A DNA stretch of 53,328 nucleotides, counting the filler, from Sphacelaria rigidula (lineage: Eukaryota), in NCBI GenBank assembly GCA_964200075.2. It is 4 parts of 4 records of this genome, joined end to end, with 100 filler letters (N's around TTAATTAATTAA, not from the genome) between each part and the next. Parts side by side here need not be neighbours in the genome. Positions count along the whole stretch, not along the records: positions 26,720 to 39,974 come from CAXNAA020003022.1; positions 40,075 to 53,328 come from CAXNAA020003023.1; 2 more parts are not named here. One strand, given 5' to 3'. Each line of letters opens with the position of its first letter. Position 1 is the first letter of the stretch. Below, piece by piece: positions 26,720-40,349 of the stretch. Made by a program: the position numbers and the translations under genes. The notes under the pieces were generated by a model. It was given only the letters and a program-made list of their open reading frames with translations, had not been told where the DNA came from and made no database searches.

Positions 26720-27480
26720 GGGGGGGAGGGGGGGGGAAGCGCACTCACTAGCTTCTTGCCTTCGTCATTCGATCAGCGACCGCGCATCCCTTTCGAGACG
26801 GAGCACCGTTCCTACTCCTAATAATAGAGACGCCTCCAACATCTGTGCGCTCACTACGTTTTTTCATACATCACACGAAACCGAACCGTTTCGAGATATC
26901 GTATCCCCTTCCTGTTCCGCCGCCTGCGGCCACCAACCATCTCCTAGCGTAGCGATCGTTTTTTCGCTATCTTACGTACCAAACGATTTCATGCCACAAG
27001 GAAGTCTCTTTTCTCCTTGTATGGGTTATTCTTCCACTATGTGAGTTCTACTCTGTCGATTTGCCACAAGGGCGATTCTGTGGATCTATTCCCCCCTCCA
27101 CCCGGCTACTAGTATACCACTTTTGTCTTTCTGGCAGGCCCCGGTCCCCCACCCGAAATCGCAGTTTCAGCTCTTTCGTGTGGTCCATTGAGCTGTGAAA
27201 ACATGTTTTTACCTCTATCTCTCCTTATGCTCCCCGTATATTTTCAGGTGCTCTTCCTTGTCCGCTTTCTGTCTTAGCTCTACTCTTGCCTTACTTCTAT
27301 CATTTCTTGCATTTTCATTTTGTTCCTCTCACCCTCCCCTATCGACATTATCTCGTCTTGGTTTCCTCCAACATCGTTCCGAATTTTCTCGACTTCGCTC
27401 TTCTGCCTTATTCCAGCCTGTCCTTTTGTTACTTTATTTCATACAGCCCTATTAAGTATGGCTTGTAATCTCTCTCTCAG
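26720..27480 (-). mobile_element. Degenerate non-LTR retrotransposon (LINE) 3' end
   Basis: Reverse complement is homologous to 40400-41185, with remnants of EHLKIYGEHK..IEVKTCFHSSMDH..LKLRFRVGD and the same 3' tail ending in a C-run. A further small remnant (GMQRFGI*ESSSEKTIAGD) lies at about 27680-27750. Confidence 0.75.
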
Positions 27481-28420
27481 CATGATGTTGATATGATATT
27501 ACCATTTCAATTTTCTCATGTCTAGTTGTTTCAGGTGGTTATATTCTGAATTCTTCTTTCAATACTGTATTGCTCGTCGTGTTTGAGCATTCATTATTTA
27601 CTTCGCTGCTGGACCAATTCCAGCTGTTCACGAACTTCGCGTTCCCTTCCCATACTTCCCCTGCGTATTCTACGTATTTTATCCCCCGCGATCGTTTTCT
27701 CACTACTACTTTCTTATATACCAAACCTTTGCATGCCATATTCTTCTGGAGGGGGGGAGGGGGCATGGAGTGAGATATAGGCCATCCCTTACATTAGGTC
27801 GAACCTATATGAATTCAACTCTCGCTGATGTGCGATTTGTTTGGAGTTTCACTGTGAAGTATCTGATTTCTCAGTTGAAAGCGCGAGGACGTGAGTAGCA
27901 GAAAGAGTGCGCTTGACTGACTGTGTTTGGCGGGAGTGGACGAGATGCGAGAGGGCTGCTCCTATCCGCGATATCGGAATGCAAGGCGCGTACCGGGAAA
28001 AAGATAAATTGATCCGGTGAGACCACGGGCTGACTGTAAGGATCGTCCCGAGAAGAGGAAGGAGTTGAAAGTTCGACTTACAAGCAAAAAGCCTTGGCTG
28101 CTCTATCTGTATTGTGTTTGTCACCATACCTGGTCTGACATGCTCTCGACCAACAAGGATGAGCATATCACGGTGGTGTAGACCACGAGCACACACCACC
28201 TACCTAGATCGAGAGCATACAACTCGTAATCAAGATGAAGGTTTCGCGACTCCTTCGCGCAGTTGTCACGCGCAAACTTGAGCAGCGCCTACCTCTACGC
28301 GCGTCGAGATCTATACTTGTATTTACTGGTTACCTTCAGTACCGTGCGCGCGAACGGAACCCTCACGATAATCGTACGCGAACTTTTTTCCGCAGTAAGT
28401 ATTGAATGTGACGCAATTAA

Positions 28421-28857
28421 CAGCCGATCATCGAATTTGAGAATGGAGCTTTTCGTTGGGGATGAGAACCCGGAAAATTAAATTCTTCGTATCCACACCA
28501 AATCTTCAAAATATGTTTCCATTCGTTCACCTCCTGGCCGCTGTTGAGAACTGCTACACGACCTACAAAGTTGGATTTCGATGATCGAAAAGTTGGGGTC
28601 GTGGATGAAATGATCTCGGGGAGGTTAGGTGAGCCGATCGGATTGCCGAAATTTCCCGAAAATCGCTTTTCACCTAGGATCCCAACATTTCGGTTATCGA
28701 AATCCAACTTTGTAGGGCGTGTAGCAGCTGTCAATAGCAACCAGTAGGTGAAGGAATGGAACCGTATTTCAAAGAGTTGGTGTGGATACGAAGGTTTGAA
28801 CCTTTTGGGTTCTCACCCTCAATGAAGAGCTCCACCCTCAATTACGATGATCGGCTG
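28421..28857. mobile_element. Fully palindromic (foldback) MITE, 437 bp
   Basis: CAGCCGATCATCG ... CGATGATCGGCTG termini. Arms are complementary almost to the centre (CCTACAAAGTTGGATTTCGAT / ATCGAAATCCAACTTTGTAGG). Second copy at 41598-42371. Confidence 0.85.
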
Positions 28858-30433
28858 TCACTTGTATGTAATGTGATGGGGAGATACAGAGGCTAAATTA
28901 CTGTTTTTGAATACAGACCGGCGGGTTCTAGAATTGTATATATTTGGCGAATATTTCAGCGGCATAAGGATCAAGCACGTGTCAGCTGTTGGGTTGATAC
29001 ATGCGTCGTTGGTCGCTATCGTATTGGATTATGTGGATTTATCGGCAGATACGTACTTCAGGTTGTTTGAAGTTGAGCTTAGTGGATCTGAGTTGAGTTA
29101 TGACTTTGAGTGAAGACATGTCCGGGGCAGGTCGACAGGTCGATGTAGACGCCCCTTCGCAGCACTCTCTCATCGCCCCAAGGCCCCAGCAGTATAGTAA
29201 AGGACTAATCAACACTTCGGCCGCGTCTGATAGACTTCAACCATCCCCTTCTGCGGCGGCTGAGCCTCAGGATCAAGGAGACTACAAGTGAGCCTCCCCT
29301 GAGTGTACTATATAGGTTTTGTTCTGCTCACCTTCTTCATTTGTACACATCTCTTTAATAGCTCCCGCCAGCTGAACATACAACCAACTGTAGCAAGCTG
29401 TTGCAATTGAAAAGTCATTTCATCCTTTGGACATTCGACATCACCTTTCTGCCCTTGGCAGCTACGGTGACAATCCTCTCATCACTTGACATTTGGGGCT
29501 TCAGCTGGGATCACTTAACATGTACACATATACGAGCTGACAAGCTAAACAAGGCATGCAACGTGATTTCACCCAGAGGTGCGCTACAACACACTTATGA
29601 TGTACACATGACGCACCAAATTCACAACGGTCGGTTTTCGGCGGAATAGATCGCGTCCGGCAGCGACGCTACGCGTAAACACATGCTTTGGGTTCCCTAT
29701 GAAAGTGTGGGCAGTATCAGCGAAATGTACACATGAGTCTGGACCTGCACATGGATAGGAAGTATGCACTTTACCCGGCCACGCATCAAAATCAATGAAA
29801 CCGTTCCATCTGGAGCAAAACATGTCAGCATGACGATGTAGGTGGCTGAACATCAAGCTTCGACAACAGCAGTCGCAATGCCGCGGTTGCAAGTAGGTCA
29901 GCGGCCACAACAAAAGAATGTATATTTACTTCCCATCCCAGACAGTACCTTACGCCTGAGCAGTGACCGTATGCTGCGTTTCATCGCGGGTACGAGCGAA
30001 TCGAGGATACCTGGAGCGCTCTTCACCGTCCCGCAAACGCTACATTCAGGCACGCACTGCCTGCCACTACAGGACCATACTTCCGTGAAGTAGTCTCCAC
30101 ACTCTTGCAACGCTCCAGCTGTGTGGAATTCATACTCAACTGAGGAGTAGGGTACATTAAGTGTATGATATTCGTGTACATTCTACGTTCCGCACATTGG
30201 AGCCCAAGCGGTGTCGGCGTTGTTTTCACATTTTACTCCACCTCCATCCTCGGGACGAGCCCGAAGTCTCAACGGATCGACCCGCACGGCACTCGCCTGA
30301 TCATTCATGAGCGAGCATTGAATCATCACAATCAACAATCCCGCGGCCTGTCGACTTTCATTGAATTTATATTTTGGTACTTCTGTGCTCACGCTTCCGA
30401 CGACAGAAATAGACTTTTGCAATCAAAATCGTA

Positions 30434-30884
30434 CTTCCTCTGTCCCATAAATAAAGGTACCTAAATTTGTACGGGCCCGTAACGATGTCCGATATCTTTT
30501 TTTCATGTACTCTACGGTGTTTTTGTGTTAAGAAAATGTGTACAAAACTTGCAGCTCGTGCTTGAACCACGCCGCCGAACGGCTGCAAAAAAAGTACTCG
30601 ACTTCCTGGCAACAAGCCCCAGTGAAGGCGGGGGCGATTAAAAAAATAAAAAAATAAAAAAATAAAAAAATAAAAAACCGACGCTTTTTTCCCCTCGGAA
30701 AGAGTTTGGGCCGACTACTTTTTTTGCAGCCGTTCGGCGGCATGGTTCAAGGACGAGCTGCAAATTTTAAACACATTTTCTTAACCCAAGAAACACCGTA
30801 GAGTTAATAAAAATAAAAATAAAAATCGGACATCGTTAAGGGCCCGTACAAATTTAGGTACCTTTACTTATGGGACAGAGGAAG
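30434..30884. mobile_element. Stowaway-like (Tc1/mariner) palindromic MITE, 451 bp
   Basis: TA|CTTCCTCTGTCCCATAAATAAAGGTACCTAAATTTGTACGGGCCC ... GGGCCCGTACAAATTTAGGTACCTTTACTTATGGGACAGAGGAAG|TA. Arms are about 170 bp. The terminus resembles the plant Stowaway CTCCCTCCGTCCC motif. Confidence 0.88.
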
Positions 30885-32819
30885 TATCGGTCGTGATGCA
30901 GATCCAGGAAATCCACCTGAACTGGCAGCTGGTGTGCCAGTTTGACCGACTGGGCACACCAGTGGCAGTGTAATTCTAGAAGGACCTAAGGGTCAGTTTT
31001 AACCGCCACGTTGTGTGTGTGTGTGTGCAAGTTATGCAAATCCAGACACCTCTGAGACGCCGAGAAAGTTTCGCAAGCCACGCACTCAATGTCAAGGGAG
31101 CTCCATTTGCTCGAACAAGTTTCCTATGATGACGACCTGAAACCTTGAGGGTATCGTACTGCTGTACAACGTGTTTTGAGGGAGCGTAAGATACGATATG
31201 AACAAACTCTCACATTGGGAAAGTGGATACCTGCTCTACCACGCTCTACTAGAAACAAGTGCAAAAGTCTCAGAATGATAATACACACGAAGTGGAGGCT
31301 AAAAATTACTCCAATTCTTCGATATCACCAATAGCTGGCCCCGTAGAAGTCCTCATGTGTAGTCCTGCGATCAGAAGCAGGAGATCAAGGGCTGCGGTGT
31401 TGCAACATGTCATCTGTTCACCTTGTCGTTCTGCTTATCCGTTGTAACGAACAAGTACACGATTGACGTTGCCGGCCTGGTCGAGAGCAACGAATGGTCG
31501 GCACGGCGAGAGGCGCACATCGGACACGAGATGAAGCAGCGATTAAGTGGCGTTATCGGTTGCCACCATCTATAATTCGATCAGTTCGAGATAAGGGTAG
31601 ACTCCATACTGTGGTGGCCACAACACTATGTACGGCATGCGGTTCGACGCGCGTGTCGTGGTGCTAATATGAAGACACGTATCACAGACAGGCGATTGTA
31701 ACAAACGTCAGCCAGCACCAGCTTTCCATGCGCATATTCAGCGCTTGATGACGGCTGTATGGGAACACCACGGGAGGCATGTACGTTGCCGACGAGAGTG
31801 CACGGGGGTGAGACTGTGAAGCAACTCACATTAGCAGACATCCCCAGAGTAGAGAGGACCATCTTACAGCATGCTCCCAGCAAGGTTTCTTGCTCCCATC
31901 CACCTTGTTTTTATTCGTTGCACCCGCCTTCGCCAACAGAAATAGGATCAGCCAAGCCTATTTGTTGTCCAGCACGGCGCTAGGTAGTGGTTGCTGCCCG
32001 TATTTCCGGTGCAGTGAGTTTCCGTGCCGTTGTTCGGGGAAAGGGTGCAGTAGTAGTCAAGACCCACTCTTGTTTTCACTGAGCTGAGCGTGCGTGCATT
32101 GAATGCGGGGTTCCACTTTGTGAGGTTAACCTGGTTCTCGTGTTGGAAGACTGAATTTTACGTGAGTACTGCTGAGCGTTTCGCCTATCTTAGAGTAGTG
32201 CGAGCAATCGAAATATACTTATTCTGGACTGTTACCGCTGATTTGCCTTCATGGAAATGAATCGAGCGCCCCAATCAAACGGATCACTCAGGAGTAGTGT
32301 TCTTTCTCACATCAAAGAGGGAGCTCAGCATCATAATCAATTTCTTCGTTATGACGCAAGAAGAGTCCGAGATTGGCATGACGAAGCGAGCTACCACCGC
32401 GCTTAATGTCAGTACTGCGGTAATGTGCATCAGCAGGAGGTAGGCCCGAATCGCTCTGATTAAAGCAGCGACCGCATCCGAGGAAGGGGGTATAGGTGGG
32501 CGTCAGGGGTGTCAAATGAAGATCAAAACCTATAATCATCGCTGCATGCGGTGGGAGAAGCACAACGGCCACGTACGCTTGGTGTGAACGGGGCGACCAG
32601 GCCTTTAGCGCCCACCTCGAGGATGCAACAGCCATATACCGTGCCCCCTAGAGCACGAATAAGCACTCACGGCTTAAAGCTCCCTCACGAGAGCAAAGCC
32701 TGTTCAAAGTCTGGTCGTGTATTTTATTGGCGCACCATTAAAGGGCAAAAGATAGAACATAGAACATTCATAACGGTACGCTCAAAAAATCTCCACGGCC
32801 CTGTGTTGCCGTGCGACCC

Positions 32820-33680
32820 CCACCTTGGATGTGGGTATCCATCTGGGATCTGGTATATGAGCCTCAATCTGATATATCCACCTGGACTTGGATATCCATC
32901 TGGTTCGTATATCTGATATCTCAAGTCCATTTGGGATATCTACTCGAGATTAGGCGTCCGCCTGTGACACCCATCTCCGACATCCACGTTTCCGTATTCA
33001 ACGAAACGTCTCATCACCGTGCGCTACTCAAGATGCATCATATACCAGCGCACTCTACACTATGCCCCTCTAATGTACGCCAGCCCGGACGTATGCCCTA
33101 CCGGTGCACTCTAAATCGACTTTTCCCGGAGTAAGCGAGTCCTCATATATGTCCCACCAGCGCGTACATCGTTCACGGGTTTGGGTCAGGATAAGGGCTA
33201 CGATTGGGGTTCTGTGTCACGTTGGGGTATCAGCGGGAACCTCTGTTCAAGGAAACTCGCCGACAGGGCAAACCTATCTCAGTAGAGGAGATATTCCAGT
33301 TAAGCATCCATGTTCCAGACAGATGTCATCCCAGGCGCATATGGATATGCTAGGTGGATGCCCACCTCCAGGATGGACGACCCAGGTGAACGCTCCAGAT
33401 ACACGTACATATTCCAGATGGGTATTCTACGTGGATATCCCAGATGGGCATCCCTGGTGAACATCTCTGATGGACATCCCACGTGAGCATTCCTGATGGA
33501 TCTCTCGATATCGCAGAAGAACATTCCGTATAACGTCCATGTTCCACATGAAATTTTCAGGTGGTTCAGCATATCCCAGATGTATGTTTCGAATGTACCT
33601 CAGACCCTAGCGGAATATGCCATGACTGAGACGCGAGATGGATGCCCCAGATGCGTATTCATATCCCAGATAGAGCTAGC
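32820..33680. repeat. Region with two blocks of degenerate GGATATCC(A/C) palindromic motifs
   Basis: Dense GGATATCC / GGACATCC / TATCCCAGATG variants at 32820-32945 and 33285-33675, flanking a unique core. Confidence 0.6.
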
Positions 33681-36554
33681 ACGATAGTGCCGGGTTGTCG
33701 AGAACCCTGATACCTAGATTAGTGAAATGCGTGTTTATAAAGGAGCGCTCGCGTGTGTTGTCGCTATGGTGGTGGTAGCTTACCTTGGACATTTCACTTG
33801 CTTTCTGTGAGATTATGCTGCTGCGTAACCCGGCCTGAGATACAGTTTGCAGCACGTCGGTACCGAGATTCCGAACCCCCTTTTTTTTACAGCTCAAATC
33901 GTTCGTTGTACACTGCTCGGACGGGAAATGGGTTGTTTTTGATGCAAAGATAACGCCTCCATGACACAGGAAGGATCAGAGCCCAAATGATCGTGCCTTG
34001 TATTCATAGCAGTTCTTCGTGCATGACAATTGACCGTGACGCAGTTGACGTCACCATGAGCAGTAATCGCGACAGCGATACTTGCAGACGTGCAGGTATG
34101 AAGATTTCACAGGCCGTCGCACGACTGAATGATGCACGAAGGGGCAAATGGGCGCATCTACCTGCATCAACAAAACAATCGACTGCAGAACGTCATGTCC
34201 TATAACCTCAGGAGCCCCTCAATGAGAAATATCTGGGCCCGAAAGTGCAACCCTACCGTAGTATGACTCAACTAGCAGAAACACGTGTATCACTCGACTG
34301 GAACCGCGGAGTACAACTGGGCCGAGGATGGAACGGGAGGGGGCAGATGATGTTTTACAATATCCGAAAAAGACGAGGGTGACAATTTCACCACACGACC
34401 AAGCCAAACAGAAGGTTTCATCGATAACATAACGTGCCCCCAGAAAATGCTGCGTGTAACTGTGCCCGGGAAGTAAGTACAGTCGGCCGGAAGGGATGGT
34501 ATACCTTAAGTGGAAGCATTTCCTCTGGAAAACTGCGCTAGGACGATAAAGTCCACTTTGCCTACCAACAAGAGGTAGCACCCGCGTCTTATGTACTGCT
34601 TAGGTTCGACGACTGCTATCATATACTCGGACTCATGGGCTTGTTGTTGCGAGCTCGACTAGATTCCTACGACGCTCGATTCACTGCGTGTTCTGTGCGA
34701 CTCTGCGATGTGAATCCCGACCCGTGCATGGATTCTTGTGAGTGTGCATGCTCTGAACTGAATTCCATTCCTTTTGTTTCTCGTTTTTGCCCTACCGCCG
34801 TTAAATAACTGCTCCAAACATCCCAATTAGCGGTGCACCTGAATTTCGAAGAGCCCCTGGGGCGCATGCCAGCTCCGCCACTGGCCGGGCTCCTAAACCG
34901 TGAAGGGCTCGCCGAACGACTTCTCAGTTGCCCCGGCCTTGACAGCTGCCGAACGCGCCGTGGGGCCCATATGACATGGGTCACGGTTCCGGTACGGAAA
35001 CTTGTTTCCCATATTGCATCCACAACAAGCACCGTTCGAAGCAGTATCAGCGCCCAGCCGCCCCAGAACACCGGTTCCGTATGTCCCAGCGCTGCGCAAT
35101 TCCGTTCAGACGGCGTAAAATATGTTGGAGCTGCCTGCGATCTTTTGAGTTAGTTTCGTGCTGGCTGCAAGTGATCTCAGTCATGAAGCCGAACTACGAC
35201 GGTGGTACAGAGTAACGAGGTCGCGTCTTTGTATCCAAATCTGGGACCCAATTTCCGAGTTATAAAAACACAGAAACTCCGGGCGGACCGTTCACAGTTG
35301 GGCTCAGACGTTGTGATATTACTGTTAGGCAGTTTTGGCGGCAGGCTTTGCGTCTGTCAGAGGAACTTTGGTCAGCGGAAAGGCCTTCAAAGATACGACG
35401 TGCTGTCACGCTCCCAAAAGAAACGACACACGGATATATGCCAGCGTAGAGGTTACTCCCTCTTTTGCCACGCCGACAACTAGTTTTCACGAACCGGGCT
35501 GTGTCCGCCTAAGGGCAGGGAGGGACTCAACTGGCCCATCGCTACTTGCCCCATCGCGAGTAGAGGCGGCACAACTTGGGCAACATAAAACTCAACACGG
35601 TGGAAACATTCCAGGCATGCTTTGTGATACATGATACCTGTGACATCGGATCGGCTACGTCTAGTTCGGCGTAGATGTTGGAGGGTTGGCGTCTTGTGAG
35701 CTGTGAGCCGGAGGCGCGGTTAGATTACATTCAGCAGCACCTACAGCAGATATTGTATTTGAGGTCTGCGGAGGGTGGTATCTTGAAATTTTATATCATC
35801 CTTTACTCGGCCGAGGCCAGTACAGCTTCGCGCACACCCAAGGTATGACCCTACCACGACCAAGAGCGTCTTCCTACCCACGTGAACCACCTGCCGCTTT
35901 ATTCGCAGGCAATCCCGTCCAGCCGGACCGGTTGCACGTTCTGTAGCCTGAAACCAGCCCCCAAAAGGCTGAAAATACCATCGACGTGTACGGTATGGGA
36001 TATCGACTAGGGTGACGAAGTGTCAGATCATCAAACCAGGACTGGGCATGCTGGGAGCTCCTGAAATCTAGAGTTAAACCCACAGTGGCCATGTTGCGCG
36101 CATTGTCAGATGTCCAGACAACACAGTGCCATACAGACAGCGGAAAGCGTATTTGTTCCAATGAGTGCAAGCTAATTAAATGAGTTGTTTCGGACCAAGC
36201 AGCACACGAGGAAGAGCCATATCATTCCACGCCACGCTGACCATTTTCGAGTGAGGTTTACGACGTTTCGCTTTGTTTTCCTCACAATAACTCTCGTGAA
36301 AACAGACGATACTTCTTTTTTTCTTTTCCGAATCCGTTCATGGCTGTGATCTTGCATGTCCTCCGACCACGGATACGACCTTCAAGAGCCCGCGGCAAAG
36401 GAATCACAAAAAACGCCTTCTGCTGGCTGGTCGTGAGTGAGAAAAATGGCGCATGCCATCAGAGTCAACGGCACAATCAAACGATAGCGTGCAGTTAGTG
36501 CGGGCCAGATCCCACGTCAGTCTCGAAAAAGCACTGCAGTACGCCACCACACAC

Positions 36555-37151
36555 AGGGGTCTGTCAAAAATATATGGTGGGACACGCAGGCCCCAAGATC
36601 GAAAAATCGAGTTTTTGAGAGGGGGAGGGGGGGCACCCGACCTGCTGTCCCCTAGTTTATTGCCGAGGCGTTGGTGGATGCGGTTAGCTGCCGTGTACAG
36701 AGATCATTGGCATAGAGACCGCTGACGGACACACCGCCCCTCCAACCTCATCACCTACCATGATTACATCCATGGGGTCATGTTCCATGTCGTGTGCCTC
36801 AACTACCTACCACTAGTAGTCCAGGTAAATTTGGCGAGGCGTGAGATAAGGTTGCTACTTTGGCTACAGGCTGTCGCTACTCGTGTATTGTACATAGATG
36901 TGTGTGAGCGTTGCCAGCATCCGAGGTCATCGGGACAGGACGGGCAAGGAGTAGAAGCAAATATACGAACCTCGCCAAGCTCGCCAGATTTTTCGGTTTT
37001 TGTCAGCGTTTGTTAATCAATTTCTTTAAACAATTTCAACACCGAAAAAATCACCAAAAAATCACAAAAATCATTACAATTTTCGAAAAATTGCCCTCCG
37101 GGAGGGGGGGGGGGAGCTCCGTGTCGAATTTTTCTCTCTCGACAGACCCTT
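36555..37151. mobile_element. Possible Mutator-like non-autonomous element
   Basis: AGGGGTCTGTC ... GACAGACCCTT inverted termini (10/11 match), flanked by a candidate 9-bp duplication ACCACACAC (36546-36554) / GCCACGCAC (37152-37160), 7/9 identical. Confidence 0.45.
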
Positions 37152-37349
37152 GCCACGCACTATAGAACACAGCACAGCACAGACAACACCTCACCGCGCA
37201 GTACACTGCAGTCCCGTTCAGTACAGTTCTGTCCTATATATCCCCACCTGTGTGGAGACCTGTCACCTATGGACGTGACTGCCAGTAGGACGTGAGGCAC
37301 GGCAGCCGCCACATGTCGGGAGTCTCGCATTATCGCGTATTGTGCACCT

Positions 37350-37862
37350 GATCTGGATATCCATCCGGGATATGCAATTGGGATATCGGATGCATGGGAG
37401 ATATCCCTTACGGATATGGATATCCATGTGGGATATCCATGATAGATCTGACATTCCACGATAAACATCCATCATGAGTTTCCAAACTCGTCTGGGATAT
37501 ATACTCACCATAGATTTAGCTGTTCATCATTGATGTTAGTCATGGATAGCCATCCGGGATATGGACATCCATCATGGATATCCAGTTCTTTCATAGATAA
37601 AGGTTCATCTTGGATATCCATGATGGATATCCATGTCCGTCATCAATGTCCCTAACCCTAACCCAATCCTAAACTTGTCTCTAACTACGAGACTAGTACT
37701 AGTAACACTAGCACTACTGTAACACTAAGCCTGAACAAAACTATGGATATTTCCAGAGGGACATCCATCAGGGATATGGATGTCCCTCTGGGATGTCCCA
37801 CATGGACATGAATATCCATGATGGATATCCATGATGGATACAGATACCCACCATGGATGTTT
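37350..37862. repeat. GGATATCCATGATGGATATCC-type palindromic minisatellite-like repeat
   Basis: Many GGATATCC / GGACATCC / GGATGTCC copies, with a short CCCTAACCCTAACCC run near 37650. Confidence 0.7.
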
Positions 37863-39891
37863 CACGACAATCGAAGATCGTGGACGTGCTTAAGGGGTAG
37901 ATAACAAGCGGAGAGATAGATGTCCTATTAAAAGTCGAATCCTGGTGTTGCAAACGCTAGGTGTCTTGTACCGTGGTAAATACTGGCGGTGTCTGCCCCT
38001 GACCACGCCGCTGCCAGTCGTTCCTGTAGGGGGTATGCAGGAGCGGTAGCCTCTGCCACTCATTGCTGCGTCACTTGGCCATCGCCCGCGCGCAGTCCGT
38101 CTTCACTGCCCGGCTGCTTGTGTTTTTTGGTGCGGTTGCCTTCTATGTATGTGTGGGCGGTTGGCCATTTCGAAAGAGTGAGGGTGTCGGAGGAAGTTGG
38201 GAAATTCGAAGAGGACTTCCACACTTAACAAGGAAACATCATCAGGCGAACTCGACGAAATCGACCCCCAGCCGATCACTCCCCCCACGCCTCCGAGTTT
38301 CAGACACAAATTACAAGCATGTTTATACCAACATGAGCCATACTGTGAGGAAAAAATTAGCGTCCCGATGGTTGCTAGAGCGATTAGTATGGCCACTGAG
38401 TACGTGTCGAAGCCGCCAATCGATCTAATAATAGTGATATTTCTGCGGCACTGCAAAAAATGTTTGAAAGGTGTTGTGGTTGCCGTCCAGCTGGAGTTGG
38501 AGCCTCAGCTTTGGTCGAGTTGCCCTATTCATGTCGGTACGAATAGTAAGACCCAATATTGTAAAAATGGTTGCTTGCCTCCCTGCTAGTTTTGCTTTAA
38601 TTCGAACATGACTTCTGAGTAGGCATTTCTCTCTCCAATGAGGAACCTCAGTCCGCGAGCGCAATGACCAACGGTGACGTTGTCTCTTGGCCAGACTTGG
38701 GTCGCACGGAGCGGAGTTTTCTATACACAGAAACAGCTCCTAACAAAAGCAGGTGAAAATAGAAGCGATCAGGGTCGTCGATATCCAATGTCACTCTTTT
38801 GTATGCCACAGCATCTCCCCTTTTATATAAGCGCATCTTCGGCTCGTGCGACAGGAGACGGGTATGTGTTTGGTGTGCACGGAGGTCTTCTATTCCGCAA
38901 ATTTCGAATACGATGAAGAGCGCCGAAGTTGTGTAGTTTTAAGTAATAGAGAGGGGTGAGCGCGCCAGCCTTGGCTGTCGCTCGATTTCGATTGTAGATA
39001 TCGCCGACACAACGCCATACTACATATATATATATATATATTGCAGGTGTTTAAGACATAGAACGTGGTCACAAAGTCGCCACGCTGCCTCAAAAGAAGA
39101 TGGTTCCATTTCGCCCGAAACGAAAAGCAGCCAGGCGGGCAAGCTCCAACATCACGCGTGTGGGTTGGAAACGAACCCCTCGCGCTCCTGCACCTCATGC
39201 CGTAGGTGGGAAACACGTGCACATTTTGCTCAATCAACTTTCCGTGGCTCGAAATACCTTGAACAAACGACGCAGTAAAAGGGTGGGTATTGAGAACAGC
39301 GCGGTAGCATCGAACCGTATGGGCCTTGTTTTGCGACACGAGCTCGAGAAAGCGCACCCGAAAAGCTGTCCCCGACTACGCTCAAAAAAAGAGAAAACAG
39401 CAAGATCATAAGTGGGCTTCACATGGATTGAAACTTAGAAGTGCTCTGGGCCCCACCGAAAATCGGCCGTTTGAAAATTATGTAAACGTGCAAAATCTAT
39501 ATCATACACAGCAGCGATGAGGCCACTATCCACAGGCCAAGGACAAACCGGTTTTCTCGACCGACGCTGGGGCTCTTTTATTGGTCTATCTATCCGTTTG
39601 TAGGCAGTAGAGGCGTCTGCCGTGCTCTCCCATAAATCGAAGCAAACATTGAGGTCTGCAGCCGTCGCCATGCATGCTTGTTCGCCTCGCGGTAAGTATT
39701 GTCTCGCTTCAATCGCTACACTATTAATAGCATCAATCTGTATTGGACTCTGTATGAAAATCAAGTAGCTATTTGGCCTTTCATCATATTTCAAGTAACT
39801 TATGCCCCATATTCAAATCCAGTGACCATCCGGTGGTACACTTAAACAAGGTGATATCCTGGTACCGGACTGAATTCAAGTACTTGGCCAC

Positions 39892-39925
<34 letters not shown>

Positions 39926-39974
39926 AGGCGGCAGCGGCGGCAGGGGCAAACACGTAAAAAAAGAAAAAGGATCG

Positions 39975-40074
39975 NNNNNNNNNNNNNNNNNNNNNNNNNN
40001 NNNNNNNNNNNNNNNNNNTTAATTAATTAANNNNNNNNNNNNNNNNNNNNNNNNNNNNNNNNNNNNNNNNNNNN
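39975..40074. other. Artificial scaffold-joining spacer
   Basis: Same N44-TTAATTAATTAA-N44 structure. Confidence 0.97.
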
Positions 40075-40349
40075 ACGGCTTTTGAGTTGAACCTCATTTT
40101 TTTTTTCAACCCCATTTTCGAGAATCGGCTGTTATTCCGTGTGTGCTTTTCTTTGCCTCCATCACTGACATGTGCTTCCAGCTACACATCAATATCCTTC
40201 TCGGGGATATCAAGGGCCTGAGTGGCAAGCTATTACGGAAAGCATATTGGGCCTCGGGGAGGGGCATTTCGGAACTGAAACGATTCATTGACTAACTGAC
40301 CGTTTGTCACTCAATCGTATCCTCTACTCTCAATCTCACGAAAACACTG

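Noticed and set aside
37650-37665. Telomere
   Set aside because: Only about 2.5 CCCTAA units, internal to a dispersed repeat.
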